From Tubulanus polymorphus (Eukaryota; Animalia; Nemertea), in NCBI RefSeq assembly GCF_964204645.1, contig NC_134036.1:1054001-1118000 (forward strand): a stretch of 64,000 nucleotides of DNA, read 5' to 3'. This document shows positions 18,946 to 31,100 of the stretch, piece by piece. Within the stretch, counting starts at the first letter, position 1. Every line of letters begins with the position of its first letter. Both the position numbers and the translations under genes were made by a program. Under the pieces are notes generated by a model that worked only from the letters and a program-made list of their open reading frames with translations, did not search any database and was not told the origin of the DNA.

Positions 18946-20899
18946 AGCTGTGGCGACTGATAATTGAGAAATGACTCTCTAGGTATCATTATATCATTCT
19001 CAGATTTTTAGCATAGTCTCTTTAGTATACACAAACTGAAGTTAAAAACCCGTCAATTTATTTCTATAACCCGCGGCATAACACTAACACCATGCATTTC
19101 GCTCACATTCAGAATAGCCTTTAAATCATAGATTCTATAGTCATAACTATTAGCATCAAAATATTTGTTTGATATCAGGATTCTATATAATTGGAATTAC
19201 TCAATATGTTACGCAAAACAATTTCGAGAACCCTGGAATTTCTAAACTAGAAATTAATATAGTTTGGGCTTTACACCAAATAAGGCATCTGTTCGTACCT
19301 ATAGATCAACCTGTCACCCAAATATGGCATAGTCTATAGGATTATTGATTAGTCTGTTCCAAATAAGGCTGATGCAATATCTGCTTGTAGAACAGCTGTC
19401 TCGCCAAATAAGGGGTATACATCATTATAACAGCTGGTCTTACAGAGCCATGTATTCCTAATATGGAGTAAAATACACTGTAACTCCCATTTCCCCAAAT
19501 ATGGCACAAACTAGTAGAAACACCCATTTTGCGCCAAATATGGTACATTTACCCTAATAAGGCACGTACTCACAATTTATAGTTATGTTGAGTTAAAATG
19601 TAGTTTTAATTCATCTCTGGCAAAAGCGTCTGACAAAATCTTCAAAACTGAATCGATGGCCAGCGATAAACTGTAGAACTGGTTGGAAGTGCTAGTCAAG
19701 AGTAACCGTGGTACTCCGGAGGGCCTGCCGTGGGTGGAGCTGGGTGGTATGCCTGGGTGATCCACAGTGGAATCGTTGAAGCTTCAGAGTAAATTGAATC
19801 TCGATAAAGAATCTATTTTTCCAAAAACGTCCAGTTTAACGGCACAATTTATCACTGAATGACCCAAAAAAGCCCCCATGAGGCGGACAATTAAAATGTA
19901 CTTAAAATCCCCAGCAGGAATCTGGCAACCACTAAAGGGTTTTGATTATAACAGTGCAGGGGTCTGATTACCCCCTGTATGGGAGTGAGAACCCCCTGTA
20001 GGGTACGTCAGTTCACACTGTGATTTTATAAGTGGCTGACACCAGTCACTCGCTGTATTAAATTTATCTGAAGCACGGCGGCTTGTGATAATTGGATTTA
20101 GTCTTAGAATTGGTTGATATTTTATGTCTCTGTATCTGAAATTATACAAACATTTTATTGTACAGTACGATCTATTTCAGAAACAAACAATTGTTTGATA
20201 TTTCATGTTTTGATTTTTGAGTGACTCCTAGTGTGGTGCCCCCGATAAACCACATTCAAACCAATCATGTATTTGTGAGGCTGCCAAAAATTGGGCCTTC
20301 TAGTAAAAATCCGACAATTAGACAAGGGGTTTGGAAGGAAAACAGTCACTGGCCAATAATTTTGTCAGGTGGCTGGAGACATTAGTTCGAAAATTAGTTT
20401 CTGTTTTGTCTTCCAGATGTCAGTACTTCCCAGAGGGAAAAAACTGCAAATACATGAGCTGTTGTTAGCGCGGGAACCTGTCGGATTTTGAACGAAAAGA
20501 GGTTTCATAATAACGGGCTAGGCTGTCGAATGCCCGATAGTAATCGGACTAGGTGCAGAGTATCCCGAAAGGGCCTCCAATCAAGGCTTTAGGAATCAAA
20601 ATTCAAATTTCGGTCCTTCTTTTATTTGATCTATTCGAGGTAATTTAAACCTGGGGAATTACAGGGGCTGAGGCTGGGTTCACTTCGGGCCCGAGTTAGG
20701 GCGGCCGCGGGTGCGGGGCAATGAATCAAGTAAAAGTGCCTTAATCACTTTATTGAAAGCAGATTATTCTCCAATGAAACCAAGCGATGATAGAACTATT
20801 CATTTGCAGCATAATAGAGCTTTTGACTCGATGTTTTGCCTCCGTTCACCGCGCCACAGCTGTGATCTCTAAATCCGGTTCGTCAGATCTCAACCGTCT

Positions 20900-21130
20900 A
20901 GTGCTGCCCCTATATATAACGTTGGCGGTAAATGCGAGAACTAATTTTGTACTCGCCTGCCAGACACTTTTGACTGGTGTTGCGGCGAACTATTTACCAC
21001 AAAGAAACTTTAATTTCCGGCGTCACAGGATGGCCGTCAGGTGCTGCCCCTATGTAAAACGTTGGCGGCAAAAGCGTAAACTAACTTTACGCTCGCGTGC
21101 CAGAGTCTTTGAACTGACAAACTATTTATC
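20900..21130. repeat. Diverged direct repeat pair (period ~141 bp), probably part of an unidentified transposon
   Basis: GTGCTGCCCCTAT..AACGTTGGCGG.AAA..CG..AACTAA..TT...CTCGC.TGCCAGA occurs twice. Confidence 0.6.
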
Positions 21131-22120
21131 GAGAGAAACATTTATGTGTATCGGTTCGAGCTGCGGGCCGGATTAAACGCCACTTCCTCAGATAATCCTT
21201 GAGGCGGCCCCGAAATGGCTCGTTTAACTAAAAATTGATTTCTATCTATGAAGAAGTTATGAATTTAAGGCACTCCGTTACTTTATCAAATATTGTTTTC
21301 TGTCAAAACCGCGACAATTTATTCGTCAAAAATAATTGATAGTCTATTTATCTAAATTTCCGATTCACTTATCTGATTATATTTCTAAAAATTGCTCTTT
21401 ATATTTTCTTCTAAATGGATACAACTAAATGATTTTTAACATAGCAATATCAGACTCCTTTGTATGATATAAAATCCATTGTTTTTTCGATATGCTCAGC
21501 AAGTTATATAATCTATAAGCTGTCTATGTCTCTCCATCGTATGAGTAGGTATCACAGGTTTTGTAAAACTTGGTAAAAATTATTTTGAGAAATTACACTA
21601 AGAATAAGTAAAGGTTATTTCTTTAAAGATAGATTGAATGATTAAATATCACACATTCTAAACTATATATAATGAAACACAATGAAATCGAGTTATATGT
21701 AGATTTCGACTTTGCTTTGAGAGGATGCCGGGTCGTGGCCTGGCTTAGTCAAATTTCTCAGTCAATCTGTACTCAATCTGTGCTGGTCCCAATGAATGGC
21801 CTGTACTACCAAAACCGACTGAACTAAGCCACGGACCGGCGGGGTTCCCTAACGAAAGCTGCGTTAATCATTATCTACAAGAAATCCGTTTATATTTTGA
21901 ATAAAACAAAATAAGAGCGAATGAACAGTTGCTCATATAATGAAATGAAATGAAATAACATCTACTTACACTGATCACCTCAACGAGAGCTATACAGAGA
22001 AAACATCAAGAAGTATTTACAATTGTAAAACATAAACATAAAATATAGAATAAGCAATACAATTTTCGCCGCTTCAGTGGCGCCAAATTCACTAAATGTT
22101 TTCCATTTCCAGTCATAATT

Positions 22121-25100
22121 CTAACTAAGGTTCACATAAGTGTCGTGTCCTTCTAAATACAATATCATCAAATCATGCAGTAACTTGTATTGTTCCTTTA
22201 AAAACGACAAAAAGAAAGTACATCAATAAAATTACTCGTGAAAATACACAGAAATCGATTAATTTCTTACCAAATTTGGAATGAATTGAGGTCGAGTCAT
22301 TCGTAATTTTTGTATACAGTGATAGATATCGATTTGTTCGCTAGATGGCGCTTTGGAGATCAGTTCAAATGCCGCACAAAATATCCCCGTTCTCGTTGTG
22401 CTGTCCCTGTAAAATTTGCATAATCGATAAATATATAGATGATTTTTTGAATAATATTGACTGACGTTGCTAAGATACGAACATGCAATGCACAACAATA
22501 GGACTTGTGACGTGTTCTCTTGTAACTAAATTCACAAATTCAAAAAGATCCTGTACATCAGGAACTGGTTCATCCTCAGGCCATCCTAAAAATTGGATCT
22601 GACGAATCTGATGCGATTCCTGTGAGATCAAAGAAATAAGATTGATTTGATCAAATTGATCTGATCACGTCAAACTAAATAACGATGCCAAAAATGCAGC
22701 CATATTTCTCTGAACAGTAGCTACCGAAACAACTCAACATACATTCTGTTTTTGGAGGATCAAATCCCGACGAACGATGGTCTTACAGGGCAATGATACC
22801 TCCTCCACAGTGACAGCAATAGGACCAAATTTAATACTTCCAACTCCAGGCCAATAGCTTGCATATGTCTAAAATCAAAAGATATATTTTAGAAGATACC
22901 TGCAAAGCAAACAGACCTATACAAGGAAGGCAGTGCTAGACTAGGAGTAAGCCTTACCGGATCTTGTGGATATTCTTGATGCATCATTACAATGAGTTCA
23001 CAGTTATAATCAAAGATCATTTGCCAGAAATCAATAATTGTATTTGCCAATGGACTTTGTGTAGCTATAAACACGTTGGTATCTGTGATCGTCTGTTAAA
23101 AGGAAAGTATTTCAATCAGATTCTTATAACTCATCGATATCTCAACTGAAGAATATCGAGGCTTAATGCCCCCCTCCACCGGATATTCTACGGATGGCTA
23201 TTAAATCAGAATCAAACTCACGTGCACAAATGTAGCATTGATGAACCCTTTATGTGAGAGTTGCGGTTGATACTGTGCCTCAGGAAGGATGTCTTTGTAT
23301 CGAGACTTGTAAACATTGTTGAGTAGTTTGGCCACTGCTAGTGATTCCTCGTCTTGAATCGGAGTAGATGCCTTCAATACCTGTATTAGAAAAAAACTCA
23401 TTGAGAAAATCGTTTCCTCAAAACCAACTCAAGGAAGAACGATTTAATTGCTGCCATCCTGTTTTTTGTTCCAGGATCGAACCCTTCATGTCATTTTGGC
23501 CGATCTTAATACGTACAAGAAATTGTTCCTCTATTTTATCAGACACGTTTTTAGATACTGGTCGCGTTGCCTTTCTTTCCTCGTATGATTCTCTGAAACT
23601 CGTGGTCGGATATGCCACCGGTCCCAGTACCAGTTCCTCCAGTAGAATCTGGTGCACGAGAATGTACTGTTTCTGCAGGGAATGGTAATAAAACATATTG
23701 AAGAAGTTCTGGATCTTGAAAACGTGAAATAAAAGACAGTAACTTTATTAAAATTTACCATATTTTGGATCATTTCTGGTCTTTGTGGTCGTAATTTCCT
23801 AAACATGTCGAATACGTTAACGAGTCCATCTTTCTTAGCTTTTTCAAGAAGCTGCTCCGTTGCGATATAACAACCTGTCCTTCCAGCACCAGCCCTGGGA
23901 ACACAAAACAAGCCATAACATTTCTACACGTCTCCTTAGCAGTAAAGGACTGGAAGATTTCGAATACATTTACCTGCCATGAATCAGCACAAGTCCTTGA
24001 TCCGGGTCGGTAAGACGCTGTTTGATGAACTGTTGCATACGAACAACAGATGAAGCCGGGAACGGTACACCATGATCCGGCCACCCTCGATAGTGAAACA
24101 CTATCAGATTATGTGCTTGTTTGTGGCCACGCTATAAAATAAATCCAACGTTACTCATCGATAGAGACTGGTTATAGATATTGCTTATGTGATACAATGT
24201 AACATCGAAACAAAACCTCATCATAAAATGTTGTCATATCGATGTCTACACGTACGAAGTCGTTTGAAATTACAGATAACAACACTTATAACTAATGGTA
24301 AAACAAGAGTATGATCATTACCTTTTTAATCGACAGGAAATTAACCTCTGCCGGAGGCTCAGTGTGTTTTTCCATTTTCTCTGCAACTGTCACTGTAATA
24401 TCTCCATATCGACCTATTGCATCCAGTTTTGTGGGCCAATATCGATGACACTTCACCTGCAATTGGAATATGAAAAGACACATTTTTATGATTCTTCTGT
24501 TTCCACAGCACTATTCGAAAGTGTTTTTGCAACCTTCTTATCTTTGCCTTGTCCTTCAGTCAGATCAGTAAGTACAATAATAGCCGGACATTTCTCTTGC
24601 CAAATCATCCGCCAATGGTCATTGATTGTAGATGGCAATGGAGCTGAAAGAGCAAGTTAGATGAGCGTCCAAGTAACATAAACATATAGAACATGGGATA
24701 GTTAACAAGACTTACCCTGGCAAGCAATGCATATCATATGACCAGTAAATCCCTGAAAATCAAATATCTATATCAACTACAACATTATGAGCACGTGAAA
24801 AAACCTCTCAAGAACAGAAGGATTGATTCCTTACCCGAATATAGTTGGCATTGATGTAATCTGATGTTGGATCTTCACCGATTTGTTCCAGAACAACTCT
24901 AGTCGAATCATCTAGAAAAACAACACAGCTAAGTCAATAGAACGACAAAAAGTTATAGAAATAATTCTTGTATGTTCTTTTAAATGCGATAGAACGTATT
25001 TGGACATGATGAACAGGTAATACTTACAGGCCAAAATGTTTGGAAACCTGTTTTTCTCAAGATTGTCCACTTTCTCAGCGCACTCGCTCAATTCTCGTCG

Positions 25101-28100
25101 CAACTTAAGAACACTCTAAAGACAAAATAGATCCAAAAAATAATCACATGTCTTACCGACGAGCAGTTTTAACCTCCCTGCAATTTTACCTGGAATTCTT
25201 CGCTCATATTCTTCCACTCATCAGAGGTCTTCATCAAAGTGTCTCCCAACAGGTCACAAATCATAGTAGCGCCTTTAGAAGCGATTTCGTAGTGATGATC
25301 CTCGCCATCTTGCGTTTCGGGATCATGATAGATATTGAAATACGCGGAGCTTTCTATATAGACAGGATAAGAATCTTTGGTGTTAAAACATTAGGCTTCA
25401 ACTTTCAAAATCTAAAAGCTTCATTAGACGAACCTCTTGAAAATGCAGAATTTACATCAGCTGAATTTTCTTGTCTTGGGATACCCTTCAATCTCACCAA
25501 AGGTTTACCAATAATGTTATCGGAAGGTGAAATATTCTCCATGGATACATCTGCATTGTTGGATGTTTCTCTAGTTTTGAACCCACCGCGTCTGAAAGAT
25601 GTGAAAAGCTTGAGGCGACCGCGTTGTGGGTAACTGAATTAGGGGTATTTCTGTGAATAGGGGGCATCGGATGATCGTCAAATGATAATGTTATAGAGGT
25701 CGCCACTATTCACTCGTACCTCCAAACTATTAATAGAACAACGGCCACCAATAACAGTATAAGAACAGCTGCAACAACGCCACCTATTATCCCTGCATTA
25801 CTAGACGATGCTTTAACAGTGATTCTCTCTTGTTGTTCTATTGGTGGATAATGCTTAAAAGTTTCCTGGAAAGTCAAGAAGAAATGGACAATTCCAAATT
25901 GGAAACGACAATTTGCATTGAAACACTAGATGAACTCACTCCGTTATAATTGACAACGATTCCTAAAATAAAACTGTAAGATTTCCCAGTTTCTAGAGGA
26001 GCATTAAAGTAACCATTATAGTTACGTGTATCACCAACTGTAAACTCAGAGGGCACTTCCGGTGGTAGAACTGCAGTAATATAAACTGATAATCCTCGCT
26101 GTTTAGCTTCTCCGTACGAGACGTACTGTGATTGGTTGACTGCTCGCTTCCGGCGACGGTTGATTGGTCCATCGTGTTTCTTCACGATCACCTCGTAATC
26201 GCTGAAAATCAGAGAATATCCAGTTTAAAAAAATCATGCGTTATTTATGGATAAATGTATGGAGGACACTTACGTAATGTTACCAGTGTTAACACGTGTT
26301 ATTTGAAGTGTAACAGTCGTGTCTGTTACCGCTGCGTTCTTGAAAACCAGTTGAGGAATTGTTATTTTACCTGAAATATTAGTTACTTCAACTGGTGACA
26401 CGTGACATCAATGGTTACTTGGGGTTGATGTTTTAACGACTCACCTGTCCAAAATCTAACACTGGCAGGCGAGCCTTCACCTTTACTATTCGAGGAAAAA
26501 ATCGAACATTTATATTGAGTAAAAGGTATCAGTGACGTCGTTATGTCTAAAGTTGTGATGGAGCCTTCGATTTTAGATTTGTTAACTGTTTTTATCTTTG
26601 GTAAAGGTGTTGTGGAAGTTGTACTGATGGGTTCACACGTGAGCTGAAAACAGAATATGTAAGAGTAGAATAGTCTGCGCGCGAGGTTACAGTTAGTGCC
26701 TCCTACAGGTCAATACAAGTTAATTCCTACCCGATAATTGATGACGTCACAATTTGGAATGTTTGCTGCTGTCCATGTCAATGTAGTTTTCATTGTGTCC
26801 CATGTGAATGAGAAGTCGAGAGAAGCGGGAGGTTCTGGTACTGAAATAAATACCACAGATAGATTTAGTTTATACGATTCATGAATTGACATATACTTGA
26901 TGACGACGGCAACCTATAACCATCTTTAGGAGTCTAATGTATCTACAGTAAAACAAACATGTTTAACACAATTCTGTGTTTAAATTGATGATTAAGAGTT
27001 TATTAGAATGAGGGGTTTTTACCTGCACACAAAGTCTGTATAGTTAGTATTGGACTAGTCAGACTCGCAGTTGATATAAATTGATTGTTCACTAATTTCT
27101 GTAGACTAACAGCTATCTTATACCCGGTATTAGGAGTTAAACCAGTAATTGTGTGATGTGTAAGGATTCCTGCAGATTCCTGATTAGTCCAAGTGTTTTC
27201 TGATATCTTACGATAAACGACTTGATACTGAACGCTGACAGTACCACGTCCTGAATCTACTACAGAACCCGAGTAAGCTTTCCAACTGACTAATACACTG
27301 TTATTTGTCAGCGCAAATTTTCTTAATTGAGAAAACGACTTAAATTCTGAAAAAGGAAATTGGTTTGTATTAGAGTTAAACCAATATTTTATTTTCGGTC
27401 ATTTCAGATTCATATTGGTACGATATTTAGGGAATAGGGAGTGAGATTCTTAGGAATCTCTGATTCAGTGTAATATACCTGACTCGCACCACTTTCCGAT
27501 GTAATTCTGCGAACAGCCAGATTGACAGATACCACTCAAATAGTCACAACTTTCACTGTTGTTGTAACATCTACATTCAATCATACATCCAAATGAGTTC
27601 GATCCCTTACTGCAATAGCCGGGCGCTAAACATAAATTTTAAACATTTTAAAGGCGATATAAAAAAGCTAATATTTTCATTAAAAAGTAACTGAATATTT
27701 TTTAATCACTAATCGTTAGTTAAACAATTCATAAAATTGATTTATAATCTATTTTCATTCTTTACAATTTTATAAAGTTATGCAAAACTCACCGATATAT
27801 TTGAACCCGAAAACTTCTATTTCTCTTAGGTTGAGATACTCTGCTTTACCAATGTTCTTGTGATGAACGGTGACGTATCGTCCAACTATAGGACCTGGGC
27901 TGCATGGTAATGTTTTATTTGTACCACAGAGAGGGGGGCCCTGGTAAGCACATTTCTGGTTAGATGTAAAAATACTCGGGCTTTTTCCGACTCGAATCTC
28001 CAGGTTGCGCGAACGTTTTTCTGAAAAGAAAATATACAGTTGAAGAAATAATAAACTCGATGCAAAAAATTCTTTTCAAGTTGTCTTCGAATCAAATTTT

Positions 28101-31100
28101 AACTCATAACTCGTGGACCTGGGTCCAGTGTTCCACAAACCTCGGTAGAAAATCAACTCAAGAGTTTTAATTTTAAACTCATCTCGAGTTAAACGTAACT
28201 GAAAACTGTGGGATTATTTATTGTTCGTAGAATCAATATTTGGTTGGTTATAAGAATATTCTTTTTAGTTGAGAGTAAATGAAGTCTATCTGAAGTACTA
28301 TCCAATCATATTTAACCAACATAGAATTTCTTGCCGTACGTTCAGTTCTAGTTGACTTTTAGTGAATAGTCTCATATCCTGTTCATATTTGTTGGTCTTA
28401 TTGTCATATAATACAATGTCGTAAATGTGACAGGTATATCAGCCTCGAATCCCGAACAACAAATAATTCTTATGTTTTATTTACAATTCTAGTTTGCAGA
28501 TATCTAGGCAGAAAACCCATTATCTATTATTGCTTTGCTTATTTAACAAACTTTTTGAGTTGGAAGTCGTTTCGTTTATCACATTTTATTTAACATAATC
28601 AATTATATATCAAACATTGATAATTAGTACTCACTCCATTCAGCGTAACAATCGGCTGCGTCTGTTCTATCCCATAGTGTAACTTCATGTACCACGTATT
28701 GAGTTCCGAGATCAATTCTAATCCAGGCGTCTTGATCCTCATTAGTGTGACATAGTTCAGCACCACCACTTGTTACCGTCTGACCATCTGTACATTTACT
28801 ACCGGGTGAGAGAGTGGATGACATGTTAACTGTTTTACCACGAGCCACGTTACCTACAAAACACATTTTGTGTAGAAGCGATTTAGACACAGCGGAAAAT
28901 TATCTTCAAAAAATTTCTTAAAAGCATTTTTCTTGAGACCTTGTTTTTCAAAACTTTTCACATCATTATTCCTGTTATGATTCATGTATGGGCAGTTCAA
29001 TAATAACCGATCACATGGCAGGTTTGAGTAGTTAATCCGTTAATCTAGGATAAATCTGAGGTTCAGTGATATTTGACCTGACTAACTGGAGCAGAAACAG
29101 AAACTTTACCGATTTGACAAGCTGGTCCGGTCCATCCTGGTGGTGTCCAGGGATATGGAGTTTTTATTGTAGACTCACATGCAGTGTTAGGATTTGGACA
29201 CGTTAAAGCGCCATTTATATTCTGACCCTTTGTTGGACAAACATTCATGGCTGTATTACTGCAATGACACTCCCAACCAGTACAACTCTTCCCAAAACAT
29301 TTTGCTGAAATGACGAAAACATGGTTTTGAAACCTTCAGGAATTTGTAGAATCGTCTCGTTCCATTTTTGAATTACCTGCAGTCGCCGTTTGGTAAGATA
29401 CAGTTTGGGTGTAGACTAACTTCTGAGTGACGTCATTCTTTACACCAACTCTAACTTCATAATCAGTATATGGTTCTAATCCTGTTAGTGTGTGGCCGGT
29501 AGGTTGCGCCACTGTTGTGGTCCATATTTGTCCGAGTTGTTTATATTCGACTTGATAAACAGCTTTAGTGACGTCACACTGTAACTCTGCAGCAGTTAAA
29601 GCCTGCAACATAATAATAATTCACTACACGTTTGTATCGTGTGTCAGTGAAAGAGAAGGTGCACATTTTCTTTGCTTCCAATGGAAATAAATGAACATCA
29701 GGTGAATTTATGTAATTCTGCTCGAGACACACTTACGGTCCATGCAAGTATCAGATAGGCTGTCTGGAGCCACGTGTTACTGTTCTCAACCGCTGTGGAC
29801 ACCACACGTACATCTTTAGGACCGTTTAATGGATCTACAGTAAAACAAACATGTTTAACACAATTCTGTGTTTGAATTGATGATTTAAGAGTTTATTAGA
29901 ATGAGGGGTTTTTACCTGCACACAAAGTCTGTACAGTTAGTATTGGACTAGTCAGACTCGCAGTTGATACAAGTTGACCGTTCTCTAATTTCTGTAGTCT
30001 AACATCTATCTTATACCCGGTATTAGGAGTTAAACCAGTAATTGTGTGATGTGTAAGGATTCCTGCAGATTCCTGAATAGTCCAAATGTTGTCTGATATC
30101 TTACGATAAACGACTTGATGCTGAACGCTGACAGTACCACGTCCTGAATCTACTACAGAACCCGAGTAAGCTGTCCAACTGACTTTTACACTGTTATCTG
30201 TCAGCGCAGATTTTGTTAATTGCGAAAACAACTTAAATCCTGAAAAAGGATATCAACTTATACTGACGTACGTTTCACGGTTATTTTACTTTCAGTCATG
30301 TTCACTTGGCATCATTTTCTATTCATATTGGTTACTATATTTAGGTAGTTGGAGTGAGATTCCCAGGAATCCATGATTCAGTGTAATATACCTGACTCGC
30401 ACCACTTTCCGATGTAATTCTGTGAACAGCCAGATTTACAGATACCACTCAAATAGTTACAATTACTTTCACTGTTGTTGTAACATGAATAACATTCAAT
30501 CATACATCCAAATGAGTTCGATCCCTTACTGCAATCACCGGGCGCTAAACAAACATTTAAAAGTAACAGTAACTTTCGTTTTCATTTCAAAAATTGTTCG
30601 ATTTTTCAGAGATTATGTTCTTAGTCTCCAGAAATTCAATCTAGTCTTAACATTTAGAAAATATCATTTGTTCGATATTTTGGGTAAATTCTTATTACAA
30701 ATATCACTGAATATTTTTGAGAAAGGGAAAATTTGTTTTCATACGTTCTCAATTTTACATATAAAGTTATGCAAAATTGTTTGACATTCTTCCACGAGTC
30801 AATGAATATTTTTCAATCGACCTAATTTTTGTAATCTGTATAATGTATGATCAAATAGATTTCACAGAGGTAGTTATGAAAAACTTACCGATATATTTGA
30901 ACCCGATAACTTCTATTTCTGCCAGGCTGAGATACTCTGCTTTACCAATGTCCTTGTGATGAACGGTGACGTATCGTCCAACTATAGGACCCGGGCTGCA
31001 TGATAATTTTTCATGTTCACCGCAAAGAGGAGATTCCTGGTAAGCACATTTCTGGTTAGATGTAGAAATACTCGGGCTATTCCCAACTCGAATCTCCAGG

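Noticed and set aside
20510-20585. Possible structured RNA (CCC-GAAA-GGG and neighbouring hairpins)
   Set aside because: It does not match any ribozyme core I can recognise, and short hairpins are expected by chance.
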